From Zymomonas mobilis subsp. mobilis ATCC 10988 (GTDB lineage Bacteria; Pseudomonadota; Alphaproteobacteria; Sphingomonadales; Sphingomonadaceae): DNA of 32,000 nucleotides. Of the stretch, positions 1-10,074 are shown piece after piece. Position numbers and translations under genes: made by a program. Below the pieces are notes generated by a model that worked only from the letters and a program-made list of their open reading frames with translations, was not told where the DNA came from and ran no database searches. Position 1 is the stretch's first letter; every line of letters begins with the position of its first letter. The DNA is taken from the NCBI RefSeq assembly GCF_000175255.2, contig NC_017262.1:1290001-1322000 (forward strand), given 5' to 3'.

Positions 1-379
1 CGGCACCGGTTTCCGCGATAACGCGGGTTTTACCCATTCTTTTCGCTAATAAGACCTGACCGATGCAGTTATTGATTTTATGCGCACCCGTGTGATTAAG
101 ATCTTCACGCTTCAAATAGATTTTTGCGCCGCCCCAGGCTTCTGTCAGGCGAGGCGCGAAATAAAGCGGGCTAGGACGACCGACATAATGCTCTAGCAGA
201 TCATCTCTTTCTGCTATGAATGACGGGTCTTTCAATGCGCGCCGATATTCCTGATTAAGCTCAAGAATTAAAGGCATCAGGGTTTCGGGAACATATTGTC
301 CGCCGAATGTGCCAAAATGCCCTCCTGCATCAGGTTGGGCGCGAAGAGAATTCGGAAGAACAGAATTAGATTGTTTCAT
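1..379 (-). CDS. trpB: tryptophan synthase beta subunit (N-terminal part; continues off the left edge)
   Basis: Reverse-strand translation from the CAT at 377-379 gives [55 protein letters not shown]...[18 protein letters not shown], the conserved TrpB N-terminus and PLP-lysine region. Overlaps trpF by ATGA. Confidence 0.96.
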   Translation of the reverse strand, partial: MKQSNSVLPNSLRAQPDAGGHFGTFGGQYVPETLMPLILELNQEYRRALKDPSFIAERDDLLEHYVGRPSPLYFAPRLTEAWGGAKIYLKREDLNHTGAHKINNCIGQVLLAKRMGKTRVIAETGA

Positions 380-1011
380 AATAGACGAACCGCTTGAAGG
401 AATTGGGCAATCTTGTCCATATCCTTGATACCGGGTGATGTTTCGACACCCGAAGAAATATCGACCAGTTCTGCACCAGTGATAGCGACGGCTTGGGCTA
501 TATTATTGGCATCAAGTCCGCCGGATAAAGCCCAAGGCAAAGGATGTTTATACTCTTTGAGTAAACGCCAGTCGAAGCGCCTGCCCATACCGCCCGGCAA
601 TACGCCATCGGTACGTGCATCGTAAAGCAACCGATCGGCTAAACCGCGATAATGCGGTGCCTGTGCCAAATCTTGGCTGTTGGCAATAGAAAGCGCTTTC
701 CATATTTTTACCTTAGGAAATGTCTCGCGGATGGAAGCTATCCGTTCAGCCGTTTCATGGCCGTGTAGCTGAAAACCCGTTAGGCCGGAAGCCAAGGCTC
801 TTTCCAGTAAATTATTATCGGGATCAACAAAAACGCCCATCTTCTGGACGTGGTCGGGGATCTGCCGGATCAGCATAGCCGCTTTTTCTGGTGTTACCGA
901 CCGTGGGCTTTTTTCAAAAAAGACAAAGCCGATGTAGTCTGCGCCATATCTGACGGCAGTCGCGACTGTCTCTTCTGTGGATAAACCACATATTTTTGTA
1001 CGAACCGACAT
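376..1011 (-). CDS. trpF: phosphoribosylanthranilate isomerase
   Basis: [39 protein letters not shown]... with KICGL, GFVF and [10 protein letters not shown] motifs; located directly upstream of trpB. Confidence 0.96.
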   Translation of the reverse strand: MSVRTKICGLSTEETVATAVRYGADYIGFVFFEKSPRSVTPEKAAMLIRQIPDHVQKMGVFVDPDNNLLERALASGLTGFQLHGHETAERIASIRETFPKVKIWKALSIANSQDLAQAPHYRGLADRLLYDARTDGVLPGGMGRRFDWRLLKEYKHPLPWALSGGLDANNIAQAVAITGAELVDISSGVETSPGIKDMDKIAQFLQAVRLL

Positions 1012-1123
1012 TGTTATTACATCCGGAAAGAAACCCGTTGATCCCTTCAGATAAACTGAAAGTCCAGATACCTCTAAAGGATATTATCCATCGGGTCACA
1101 GTGTTTTTATGCTTCTCGGACGA

Positions 1124-1834
1124 TTATTTCCGGCGCAATTGTCTGGCAATAGCCGAGGCCACCTCGGCAGGTTCATCTGCACGGGTAATCGGGCGGCCAA
1201 TAACTAAAATAGAAGCGCCCCGATCCAAAGCATCGGCAGGCGTGCAAACCCGTTTTTGGTCACCAACGACACTATCGGCAGGCCGTATTCCGGGAACAAC
1301 AAAGAAGCCATCGCGCCATTCTTCATGCACCTGTTCGACTTCTTCACCAGAACAGACAATGCCATCCAGACCGGATCTACGTGCCAGACGTGCCAGTTTT
1401 TCAACCTGCGATTCTGGCGTTCCCGTCATGCCAATCACACCAAGATCACTTTGATCGAGACTGGTCAGAATAGTGACACCCACCACTTTCGAGCCTTTGT
1501 CTGCGGCCTTTTTGGCCGCGCGCATCATGGCTTCACCGCCTTCGGTATGAACCGTTAAAATAGCAGGCGGCGACTTGATCGCCTGAAACAAAGCCTCAAT
1601 CGCAGAAGCCACTGTATTCGGAATATCATGAAATTTGAGATCAAGAAAAATAGGCAGCCCTTGATCTGCGATTTTTTCAACCCCGTAATGGCCATGCGCC
1701 ATAAAAAATTCCAGACCAAGCTTGATCCCGCCAACATGAGGGCGGAGGATCGTCGCCAGCTTTTCAGCCTTTTTCAGGTCTGGTGTATCGAGGGCAACAA
1801 AAACGGGATTGGATAAAAAGTCAGTATTGGGCAC
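1124..1834 (-). CDS. pyrF: orotidine 5'-phosphate decarboxylase
   Basis: VALDTPDLKKAEKLA...GLPIFLDLKFHDIPNTV (DxKxxD-type motif); ...VVPGIRPADSVVGDQKRVCTPADALDRGASILVIGRPITRADEPAEV. Confidence 0.96.
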   Translation of the reverse strand: MPNTDFLSNPVFVALDTPDLKKAEKLATILRPHVGGIKLGLEFFMAHGHYGVEKIADQGLPIFLDLKFHDIPNTVASAIEALFQAIKSPPAILTVHTEGGEAMMRAAKKAADKGSKVVGVTILTSLDQSDLGVIGMTGTPESQVEKLARLARRSGLDGIVCSGEEVEQVHEEWRDGFFVVPGIRPADSVVGDQKRVCTPADALDRGASILVIGRPITRADEPAEVASAIARQLRRK

Positions 1835-1847
1835 AGTGCATCAAACT

Positions 1848-2162
1848 CTATTGGCCAGTGAAAGCTGAGTCATTCTTCGTGAGTGACGGCGTCTCTACCG
1901 GCGGGTTTTCTGGCTGCATATCTGCAATCTGACGGTTGAGCTTGTCAATCCTTCTACGCCAATTCCAACGGGAAGCGCTGTGATAAAGCAATGCCGGAAC
2001 CAGCCCAATTAAAAAGACTATCAATAATAACAAAACGATATTGATATCAGCTTCCCATCCCGGCCACATTTGGAGCTTGACAGAAATGTTATAATTGCTG
2101 GCACAAAAAGTAAGAAAAATGGCGAAAAGAACCGCCGCGAACATTGTACGTAAAAATTGCAT
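1848..2162 (-). CDS. LapA/DUF1049-family small membrane protein
   Basis: Two hydrophobic helices and a C-terminal basic/coiled segment (FLTFCASNYNISVKLQMWPG...VLLLLIVFLIGLVPALLYH...RRRIDKLNRQI); this family commonly sits next to pyrF in alphaproteobacteria. Confidence 0.72.
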   Translation of the reverse strand: MQFLRTMFAAVLFAIFLTFCASNYNISVKLQMWPGWEADINIVLLLLIVFLIGLVPALLYHSASRWNWRRRIDKLNRQIADMQPENPPVETPSLTKNDSAFTGQ

Positions 2163-2251
2163 AGGGCTATTCTCTCTTATTGTTTTTCATCAGGCAAGGT
2201 CAAATTAGAGGCGTTACTTGTCATATTTGCATTATGTTCGTATGAAAAAAT

Positions 2252-3619
2252 ATGGCCAAACAACAAAAACGGTATATCTGCCAATCCTGTGGCGCTGTTG
2301 CCACCAAATGGCAGGGACAATGCGCCGATTGTGGCGCATGGAATAGTTTAGTTGAAGAAAAGATAGCGCCTAAAACGCCTTTTACGAATCGTCATAATCT
2401 CCGAACTGGTGGAAATATTGTCAGATTGGGCAATCTGGCAACGGAACAACCCTTACCGGAACGTATGGTAACGGGTATCGCCGAATTTGATCGGGTGCTG
2501 GGCGGCGGCTTTGTTTCTGGATCGGCTACTTTAATTGGCGGTGATCCCGGTATCGGTAAATCCACTTTGCTTCTTCAAGCCGGCGTTCGATTGGCTCTAG
2601 CGGGCAAAGAAGTTGTCTATATTTCTGGTGAAGAAGCCGTTGACCAAATCCGGCTACGCGCAAAAAGACTGGGTTTCGGGCAAGCGCCCGTGCAATTAGC
2701 GGCGGCCTCTTCGGTTCGCGATATTCTCGCCACCTTGGAACAGTTACCGCATATTGATTTCCTGATTATAGATTCTATCCAGACGATGTATTCGGATATG
2801 ATCGAAGGCGCGCCGGGAACTGTCAGTCAGGTGCGCGCTTCATCGCAAGAATTGATTCGTTTCGCAAAAGAGGCGGGAGTTGCCTTAATTCTTGTGGGTC
2901 ATGTTACCAAAGATGGCGCTATCGCAGGGCCCCGCGTGCTTGAACATATGGTGGATACGGTTCTCGCTTTTGAAGGCGAGCGTAGCCATCAATATCGAAT
3001 ATTGCGCACCACAAAAAACCGTTTTGGCGGCACGGATGAAATCGGCGTTTTTTCCATGGCCGATCAGGGATTATCCGAAGTCTCCAATCCCAGCAGTCTG
3101 TTCCTAACAACAAGAGATGAAAATATGAGCGGAGCCATTGTCTTTCCGGCAATGGAAGGCACGCGCCCCGTTCTGGTTGAAATGCAGGCTTTGACCGTTC
3201 GGCTTTCTAGTGGTGCCACACCTAGACGCGCTGTCGTTGGATGGGATTCTGGACGTTTAGCGATGATTTTGGCCGTGTTAGAAGCGCGTTGCGGGTTAAA
3301 TTTTTCCTCGGCTGAAGTGTATTTGAATGTCGCGGGCGGGTATCGTGTAACCGATCCTGCCGCTGATCTTGCGGTTGCCGTGGCGCTTATTTCTGCTTTG
3401 GCAGAACGGCCTATTCCCTCTGAAACCGTGGCCTTCGGTGAAATCGCTTTATCGGGTGAAATTCGACCGGTTGCCCATAGTCGGTTGCGATTACGGGAAT
3501 CCGCTAAGCTGGGATTCACCAAGGCTCTGATACCGAAAATGGTTGAAAATAAGGAGAATATTGCATTCTCTTCTTTTTCAACCCTTCGTCAATGTGTGGA
3601 TTATTTACTAGGACGTTAA
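2252..3619 (+). CDS. radA: DNA repair protein RadA/Sms
   Basis: Zinc finger CQSCGA...CADCGAW, Walker A GGDPGIGKST, KNRFGGTDEIGVF RadA motif and Lon-like C-terminal domain. Confidence 0.96.
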   Translation: MAKQQKRYICQSCGAVATKWQGQCADCGAWNSLVEEKIAPKTPFTNRHNLRTGGNIVRLGNLATEQPLPERMVTGIAEFDRVLGGGFVSGSATLIGGDPGIGKSTLLLQAGVRLALAGKEVVYISGEEAVDQIRLRAKRLGFGQAPVQLAAASSVRDILATLEQLPHIDFLIIDSIQTMYSDMIEGAPGTVSQVRASSQELIRFAKEAGVALILVGHVTKDGAIAGPRVLEHMVDTVLAFEGERSHQYRILRTTKNRFGGTDEIGVFSMADQGLSEVSNPSSLFLTTRDENMSGAIVFPAMEGTRPVLVEMQALTVRLSSGATPRRAVVGWDSGRLAMILAVLEARCGLNFSSAEVYLNVAGGYRVTDPAADLAVAVALISALAERPIPSETVAFGEIALSGEIRPVAHSRLRLRESAKLGFTKALIPKMVENKENIAFSSFSTLRQCVDYLLGR

Positions 3620-4347
3620 TGACCAATTTTCATCCAGTCGATTTAGCCGTTTTGGCCTTACTGATTATTTGTGGCTTTACAGGTTTTTGGCGCGGTTTCA
3701 TTGGCGCGGCACTTTCTCTTTTTGCTTGGGTTGCCGCAATTATCGCTGTCAGAATAGGACATGTCTCGGCTGCCAATATTGTCCATAATTGGCTGGGTGT
3801 AGGTCTTTTTGGGGCGAATTTAATTTCTTTCGTCTTACTCTTCGTGACAGTCTATTTTGTGGGTCAATGGTTATCAGATAGTATCGGTGCCAAGGTAAGA
3901 CGCTCTTTTCTGGCTTTTCCAGATAGGGTGCTGGGTGCGGGTTTTGGGGCTATAAAGGGCGCCATTATTGCCGAATGTCTGTTCCTTGTTATCATCCTGA
4001 TAAATGCAACTTTTTCGACCCATTATAAACATCGTGTCCCGCTATGGTTAGAATCGGCTGTTAGTTATCCGTGGCTACAAAATGGCAGCACGGCTATTCT
4101 CGATTATGCCGGTATTCCTGACCCAAGCTGGATTGGGCAGCATATTCGCGAAAATGGGAAATCTGAAAAAACAAGCTGGCCGATAGATAAAGTAACTTCT
4201 TATCGAAAAAAGATGATGTCCAAGCCTATTGAAGAGGCTTTTTTTCCTACTGATACCGATAATGACAGCAAGGCATCCGAGGATGCTACTCCCAGCTTAC
4301 CTAAAAAGAAAAATCATCCTAAAAAGCCCGTCTTAAAGAATGAATAG
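3619..4347 (+). CDS. cvpA: CvpA family membrane protein
   Basis: MTNFHPVDLAVLALLIICGFTGFWRGFIGAALSLFAWVAAIIAVR... typical CvpA. Its start ATG overlaps the radA stop (TAATG at 3617-3621). Confidence 0.85.
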   Translation: MTNFHPVDLAVLALLIICGFTGFWRGFIGAALSLFAWVAAIIAVRIGHVSAANIVHNWLGVGLFGANLISFVLLFVTVYFVGQWLSDSIGAKVRRSFLAFPDRVLGAGFGAIKGAIIAECLFLVIILINATFSTHYKHRVPLWLESAVSYPWLQNGSTAILDYAGIPDPSWIGQHIRENGKSEKTSWPIDKVTSYRKKMMSKPIEEAFFPTDTDNDSKASEDATPSLPKKKNHPKKPVLKNE

Positions 4348-4557
4348 GCCAAAATAGTGCATTCTAACGGTTGTCGACTTGTCTTATCTTCCATTCCTCG
4401 GCGGCCTTTTGAAGGGCTAGGGCAAAAATTTATTAAAAAAACAGAATACTATTTTCTAATCGCTTATAAGGGCGTTTAATAAATTTCTTTTTTAGGCCTA
4501 AAAAATATCTGGTAAATTCTTCCATATTTTGAGGCTCTAATTTGGGGTAGCTTTTCT

Positions 4558-5007
4558 ATGGCAGAACCACTTTATACGCGAGATATTCTTAAATTAGCGA
4601 CCTCTATCCCGTTTGAAGAACGGTTGGAAATAGCCGATGGTCGCGCCGAAAAACGTGCGCCTATTTGTGGTAGTCAAATGGCCTGTGATGTCTGTCTTGA
4701 TGATAACCAACATATCACAGAAATAGGGCTAGACATTTCAGCTTGTGCTTTGGGGCAGGCTTCGGCAGCTTTAATGGGTCAGGATATTATCGGGCGTTCT
4801 TTGCCGGAATTAAAAGAAACACTTCGGCAATTAAAGGCATATCTTGCTGGAGAAATCGAAGATATCACAAGCTGGCCTAGCTTAATGGCTTTATCGGCAG
4901 CACGTCCTCATAAGGGCCGTCATGGAGCCATCTGTTTGCCGTTTGAAACGGTTATCGCTGCCTTTGAAGCGGCTATGGTCGCAAAAACAGAGGCTTTGCC
5001 CGCCTGA
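4558..5007 (+). CDS. NifU/IscU-like iron-sulfur scaffold-type protein
   Basis: DGRAEKRAPICGSQMACDVCLDDNQHITEIGLDISACALGQASAALMGQDIIG resembles the alphaproteobacterial NifU N-terminal-like family (C-A-x-G-Q-A motif). Confidence 0.75.
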   Translation: MAEPLYTRDILKLATSIPFEERLEIADGRAEKRAPICGSQMACDVCLDDNQHITEIGLDISACALGQASAALMGQDIIGRSLPELKETLRQLKAYLAGEIEDITSWPSLMALSAARPHKGRHGAICLPFETVIAAFEAAMVAKTEALPA

Positions 5008-5044
5008 ATTTGACCTTGTCAGGATGTCAGGAGTAAAGCCTTTT

Positions 5045-5419
5045 ATGAAACGTGACTATATCTCTGCTTTAGCCGCCTTATCAGCGGCAATCGCTGTCGC
5101 TTTTGGTGCTGCCGGTGCGCATCTATTCCATGATCAGGCCGCTTTATGGGCAAAAACGGGGGCTGATTTTCAGTTAATCCATGCTGTCGCCGTGCTGGCT
5201 ATCAGGATAAAAATGCCCAATAAATTACCAAGCCTTCTTCTTTTGATCGGTGCTTTTCTTTTTTCATCCTCTCTTTATAGCCTTGCCTTGGATGCGCCCA
5301 AAATCGTCGCGCATATAGCTCCGATAGGTGGGTCTTTGATGATTGCGGGATGGTTGGTGACCGCTGTCTTTTTCTGGCTAGGTCAATCTAGGCATATGAA
5401 CAAAAAAGACCGCCCGTGA
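5045..5419 (+). CDS. DUF423 family membrane protein
   Basis: ALSAAIAVAFGAAGAHLF...ADFQLIHAVAVLAI...GAFLFSSSLYSLAL...IAPIGGSLMIAGWL is the DUF423/YwdK pattern. Confidence 0.85.
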   Translation: MKRDYISALAALSAAIAVAFGAAGAHLFHDQAALWAKTGADFQLIHAVAVLAIRIKMPNKLPSLLLLIGAFLFSSSLYSLALDAPKIVAHIAPIGGSLMIAGWLVTAVFFWLGQSRHMNKKDRP

Positions 5420-5461
5420 CAAAATATCAGGGCGGCCTTCATTTCAAAAAATAATATAGAA

Positions 5462-6601
5462 TTAAATCGTGCCTTTACGTGCCAATGGGCTATCCAAAAA
5501 GGCTGCAATTTCTTCAAGATTAACTTCTTTATCCAAAAAGCTTTTCCCGATGCCCCGTGCCAAAAGGAAGGGAAGGCGGCCAGCTTCCATTTTTTTGTCA
5601 TGCATCATATGGGCAACCAACTCTTTACCAGAGGCTTTGACACCGGCTTCTTCAAGGCTGGCGGGAAGATCCGTTTCTCTCAAATGCGTAATAATCCGCT
5701 GAACATCTTCTTTAGATGCCAGATTTTTGACATAGGAAAAGCCAAAGGCCAGAGCAGAACCAGCAGCCACGGCTTCACCGTGGAATAATTTATCAGAAAA
5801 TCCGGTATCTGCTTCTAACGCATGACCGAAAGTATGACCCAAATTTAAGAGAGCGCGTTTCCCGCTGATTTCTTTTTCGTCATCAGCAACAATAAGGGCT
5901 TTTGCACGGATGCTATGTTCAATTGCATACAGACGGCTGGCTTTATCCCCTTCGATCAGAGCCGCACCATGCTCTTCACACCATGCAAAGAAATCAGGAT
6001 CATCAATAAGACCGTATTTGATAATCTCGCCATAGCCAGCACGAAGCTGCCGAGCAGGCAATGTCTGAAGGGCATCAGGATCAATCAGAACAAAAACAGG
6101 TTGATGGAATGCACCAATCAGGTTTTTCCCAGCTTCGCAATTGATCGCCGTTTTTCCGCCAACCGAAGAATCCACCTGCGCCAAAAGGCTGGTGGGTATC
6201 TGAATAAATTGGCAGCCTCTTTTCAAAATAGCGGCAGCAAATCCGACCAGATCACCGATCACGCCACCACCCAAAGCAATGATAGCATCCCGCCGTTCAA
6301 CACCACGCCGGATAAGCTGATCGCAAAGTTCAGCCAGATGGTGCCAACTCTTAGTGGCTTCACCTGCTGGCAAGATAATAGAATCTACCGTAACACCTGC
6401 CTGATGAAAGGATTTTTCAAATTCAGGTAGCTGACAGCGGGCAACATTTTCATCCGTAATGACAATAAAACGCCGATTACGGACATAAGGGGTCAAAATA
6501 GAGACCGCCTGCTGATAAAGGCCTGCGCCAATGTCGATTTTATAGCTGTGATTGCCAAGATCAATCGGCACGGTGACGGTTTTTGAAACTTCACTGCTCA
6601 T
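5462..6601 (-). CDS. aroB: 3-dehydroquinate synthase
   Basis: AGEATKSWHHLAELCDQLI...GGGVIGDLVGFAAAILKRGCQFIQIPTSLLAQVDSSVGGKTAIN...LLNLGHTFGHALEA. Confidence 0.97.
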   Translation of the reverse strand: MSSEVSKTVTVPIDLGNHSYKIDIGAGLYQQAVSILTPYVRNRRFIVITDENVARCQLPEFEKSFHQAGVTVDSIILPAGEATKSWHHLAELCDQLIRRGVERRDAIIALGGGVIGDLVGFAAAILKRGCQFIQIPTSLLAQVDSSVGGKTAINCEAGKNLIGAFHQPVFVLIDPDALQTLPARQLRAGYGEIIKYGLIDDPDFFAWCEEHGAALIEGDKASRLYAIEHSIRAKALIVADDEKEISGKRALLNLGHTFGHALEADTGFSDKLFHGEAVAAGSALAFGFSYVKNLASKEDVQRIITHLRETDLPASLEEAGVKASGKELVAHMMHDKKMEAGRLPFLLARGIGKSFLDKEVNLEEIAAFLDSPLARKGTI

Positions 6602-7128
6602 CGCGGTAACGCCATTATTATTGCATCCACTATTTCTTCATGGGGCTGCGCCCCAGTCCAGACATGTAAAGGTGCCATTGCATAAAAAGAGTCGCGGATA
6701 TCGGCCAGTTCCTGCAAACGGGTGCGGACATCATGTCCGATTAACAAAGGTCGATCAGCCTGTTTTGTGACCCTTTCGGCCAAAGTATCAATATCGGCTT
6801 TGACCCAGATCGCCAATGTTTTTTCAAGAACCAGTTTCCGTGTTTCTTCATCCATAAAGGCGCCACCTCCCACAGCCAAGACTTTGGGTTCGCCAGCAAT
6901 AAGGCGTGAAATGACACGGCGTTCACCATTACGAAAATAGTTTTCACCGTAGCGGGCAAATATCTCTGTTATGGATTGTCCGGCAGCTTCTTCGATTTCC
7001 AGATCTGAATCTGAAAAAGGCATGTTAAGCTGGCTGGCCAGACGACGACCAATAGTAGACTTGCCAACGCCCATCATACCGATCAAGGTAATTGTGCGCG
7101 GATATGGAGAAGAAGGGCTTTGCAGCAT
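6598..7128 (-). CDS. aroK: shikimate kinase
   Basis: TITLIGMMGVGKSTIGRRLASQLNMPFSDSDLEIEEAAGQSITEIFARYGENYFRNGERRVI; Walker A GMMGVGKST. Start taken at MLQSPSS (7128). Overlaps aroB by ATGA. Confidence 0.93.
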   Translation of the reverse strand: MLQSPSSPYPRTITLIGMMGVGKSTIGRRLASQLNMPFSDSDLEIEEAAGQSITEIFARYGENYFRNGERRVISRLIAGEPKVLAVGGGAFMDEETRKLVLEKTLAIWVKADIDTLAERVTKQADRPLLIGHDVRTRLQELADIRDSFYAMAPLHVWTGAQPHEEIVDAIIMALPR

Positions 7129-7214
7129 GGCCAAGACGCTATACACGAAAGAAATGAGATTACACAATTATCTAGGTTAATGAATAAATGAGCAAAATCG
7201 GCTGACTTTTGAGG

Positions 7215-7358
7215 ATGGGTATGTCAATTTTACGCGCTTTCCTGTTAGGAATCATATTTATTGTGATCGTTGGCTTTTTCAGCCTTGGCTTCATGCATTT
7301 TGAAGCTCCGATTCGTTCTATCGAAAAAGACGTCGGTAATGACGTGCTTGCTCGCTAA
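7215..7358 (+). CDS. small single-TM protein (47 aa), hypothetical
   Basis: GGATG start; MGMSILRAFLLGIIFIVIVGFFSLGFMHFEAPIRSIEKDVGNDVLAR*. One hydrophobic helix; overlaps the probable start of the next ORF. Absent from the supplied ORF track because it is short. Confidence 0.5.
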   Translation: MGMSILRAFLLGIIFIVIVGFFSLGFMHFEAPIRSIEKDVGNDVLAR

Positions 7359-9099
7359 AACTGTTTGTAACAATTTGGCTAAAGACAGACGGAAGCCCTT
7401 CACAGGTCGTTATTGGCGGCAATGGGTATTCTTCCTATCTTTTGGCATGTTCACTGGAATAATGAGCAGTGGCGTTTGTTTCGGACAGAGTCAAACATCA
7501 TCTGCTCATTCTTATTCGGTTCATGCTTTAAAACATCCTATTAGGATAGAAAAAAAAGAAAAAACCGAAAAAAAAGACGGAAATTATCTTTTTTGGCAGA
7601 ATAGCGGCCTTATCAGCGGGGCAAAGGCAGGTAATTTAAGAGATGGCTGGGGCAATAACCCCTCTGGTCGTTATCTTACCAGCCTGATGCTGCATGTGGA
7701 TACGCCTTTGGCCTCACGCTGGGCAGAAATCATGCTGCGGCGCGCTTTGATCTTAAAAGCGTTACCAAGAGATGTCTCGCCCCAAGGCTGGATAGCCGCA
7801 AGGGCGAATCTGCTGCTGCAGTTAGGGGAGGCGGATGCAGCGAGAGCGCTCATCCAAAAGTCAGGGCTTGCCCCTGATGCTCTTTTGCTAGACGCAACCG
7901 TTAAAACGGTTCTGGCGACGGCTGATCCGGCTGGACTCTGCCCTTTACTACCTTATTTTGCCAATACTGACCTAAAAGATGCCAATGAAACTTTGGTGCG
8001 TGCTTTATGTGCAGGGTTGGGTGGCGATGATGCCGTCTCTAGTTGGCTATTCAGCCGTGCCAATTATAAAGGTGACCAAACAGACCGAAAATTGGCGCAA
8101 AAGCTTGCTCTTGCAGGCAGCCATGACAATCATACGATCCATATCAATCGGGGTGAAGTCGGTCACTTAACACCATGGCGTTTTGGCATGGCGACTGCCG
8201 CCGGTCTTTTATTACCTGACTATCTTTATGGCAGTCTTAATCCAGCCTATTGGGCTTTCCTTGCACGATCAACGATGATTCCGGCAAGATCAAGGGTAAC
8301 CGCTATTAGAAAAGCCGCTGTCCTTGGCGTTTTTTCAAATTCGGCTCTTGTCGATTTTTATTCATCCCTGTCTGCTAGTGACAATGAACATGATAATAAT
8401 GATCTTGTCATAAATGATGATATTCCCAATTTAAAGCAGGCTTATATCAACAGGGATGAGACAAGCCGTGTCAAAGCGATTGAGAATTTGATACGCAATG
8501 GCGATGATGCAGATGAGCATTATGCGGGGATGATTCTCACTGCACGAGCCGCAAGCTATATCACCCCCAATAAACGCTATCGTGATATTATTCCCGATTT
8601 GTTGGGGGCTATGTTCTCAGCCGGTTTCGATCAAGCGGCTACCCGATGGGCATCGGCTGTCAAAGACATGGATAAAGAGCAGAGCGATCCTGCATGGATA
8701 TTATTGGCACTGGGATCGCCGGATAAAGTCATGGATTTAAGCCGTAATCATATTCGGCATTTTATCGAGCAAACCAACCAGAGTGACCCTTGGCGTGGTC
8801 GTATGGCTGTAGCGGCTTTGGCAGGCCTCGATCGGATTGACGAAGAAGAAAGCTGGTGGTTCCAAATCCATTATGATAATTTTTTGCATGACGAAAATTC
8901 TTGGGTCAAAGCCCTTGATAAGGCCGCTTTGTCGCATGCTCCGGCAACGGTCGCTTTACTTGTCGCGATCGGTATGCAAAATCGTTCATGGCGGTCGGTC
9001 GCCCCTTCGACTTTTTATCATATGTTGAAAGCGATGAAAAAAGTCGGCCTTGAAAATGAAGCGCGGATGATGGCGGTTGAAATGATGAGCCGCACATAA
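7339..9099 (+). CDS. conserved hypothetical, probable exported protein (~587 aa)
   Basis: Long ORF with a hydrophobic N-terminal signal-like segment (RRYW..QWVFFLSFGMFTGIMSSGVCFG) and an alpha-helical body; located between aroK and xerD. Start codon uncertain; supplied ORF begins at 7270. Confidence 0.75.
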   Translation: MTCLLAKTVCNNLAKDRRKPFTGRYWRQWVFFLSFGMFTGIMSSGVCFGQSQTSSAHSYSVHALKHPIRIEKKEKTEKKDGNYLFWQNSGLISGAKAGNLRDGWGNNPSGRYLTSLMLHVDTPLASRWAEIMLRRALILKALPRDVSPQGWIAARANLLLQLGEADAARALIQKSGLAPDALLLDATVKTVLATADPAGLCPLLPYFANTDLKDANETLVRALCAGLGGDDAVSSWLFSRANYKGDQTDRKLAQKLALAGSHDNHTIHINRGEVGHLTPWRFGMATAAGLLLPDYLYGSLNPAYWAFLARSTMIPARSRVTAIRKAAVLGVFSNSALVDFYSSLSASDNEHDNNDLVINDDIPNLKQAYINRDETSRVKAIENLIRNGDDADEHYAGMILTARAASYITPNKRYRDIIPDLLGAMFSAGFDQAATRWASAVKDMDKEQSDPAWILLALGSPDKVMDLSRNHIRHFIEQTNQSDPWRGRMAVAALAGLDRIDEEESWWFQIHYDNFLHDENSWVKALDKAALSHAPATVALLVAIGMQNRSWRSVAPSTFYHMLKAMKKVGLENEARMMAVEMMSRT

Positions 9100-9140
9100 A
9101 AGATAGCCTTTAATCTCTATTTTGTTTTAAGAATGGGCTA

Positions 9141-10064
9141 ATGTCAGAAAAATCTGAAAATGAAGCGCGGATCGAAGATGAAAGCCTTATTCTCCGTTTC
9201 CTTGAAATGATGGCGGCGGAATCCGGCTCTTCTCCCAACACGCTTATGGCCTATGGCAGCGATCTAAGACTGGCTTCACAACAGCTTGAAAACGGTCTTG
9301 TCAAAGCTGATACAGATGATCTTGCCAGTCTGGGCGTTGTGTGGTCTGACTATGCCCGTAATACGGTTGCTAGAAAATCGGCAGCGCTAAAGCATTTTTA
9401 TCGTTTTTTGTTAGAAGAAGGCATGAGAACAGATGATCCGTCATCCTCTTTGCCTCATGCTGGTATTTCGCGGAATTTGCCCAAAATTCTGACAACGGCC
9501 GAGGTTGAACGGTTATTTGTCACCTTGCAACAACGTTACGAGCGTGCAGCAACCCCATCCACTTTACGGCTGATGGCTTTGGTCGAATTATTATATGGTT
9601 CTGGTTTAAGAGCCAGTGAACTGGTTTCTTTACCGAAACAGGCGTTTATCCGCAAACAGCCCTTTTTAATTTTGAAAGGAAAGGGTGGTCGTGAACGTCT
9701 GGTGCCGATATCAGATAGGGCAACGGATGCGGTCGCCGCGTGGCTGGTGCATGTGCCTGAAAAAAGCCTATGGCTTTTTCCTTCAGGAAAGGGGCATATT
9801 AGCCGGATCAGACTTTACCAGCTTATCAAAGAATTGGCTGTCGAAGCTGATTTACCACGCGAAAGAGTGAGTCCCCATGTCTTACGGCATGCTTTTGCAA
9901 CACATTTACTCGAAGGGGGAGCAGATTTGCGAGTCTTGCAGCTTTTATTAGGCCATGCGGATATCTCGACTACCCAGATTTATACCCATGTTGACAGCCA
10001 AAAATTGGTTGAATTAGTCAATTCACGTCATCCACTCGTTGACGTTCCTGTAAACGCAGCCTAA
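9141..10064 (+). CDS. xerD: tyrosine recombinase XerD
   Basis: Catalytic motifs [52 protein letters not shown]; SAM-like N-terminal domain. Confidence 0.93.
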   Translation: MSEKSENEARIEDESLILRFLEMMAAESGSSPNTLMAYGSDLRLASQQLENGLVKADTDDLASLGVVWSDYARNTVARKSAALKHFYRFLLEEGMRTDDPSSSLPHAGISRNLPKILTTAEVERLFVTLQQRYERAATPSTLRLMALVELLYGSGLRASELVSLPKQAFIRKQPFLILKGKGGRERLVPISDRATDAVAAWLVHVPEKSLWLFPSGKGHISRIRLYQLIKELAVEADLPRERVSPHVLRHAFATHLLEGGADLRVLQLLLGHADISTTQIYTHVDSQKLVELVNSRHPLVDVPVNAA

Positions 10065-10074
10065 CCGAGCAATA

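Noticed and set aside
2892-3522. Long antisense/overlapping ORFs inside radA (for example 3064-3522 minus)
   Set aside because: radA is unambiguous in the other frame; the antisense translations show no family features.
5469-6430. Antisense ORFs in aroB (5469-5702, 5915-6430)
   Set aside because: aroB motifs cover the whole region; the antisense products are low-complexity or atypical and are best explained as codon-bias artefacts.
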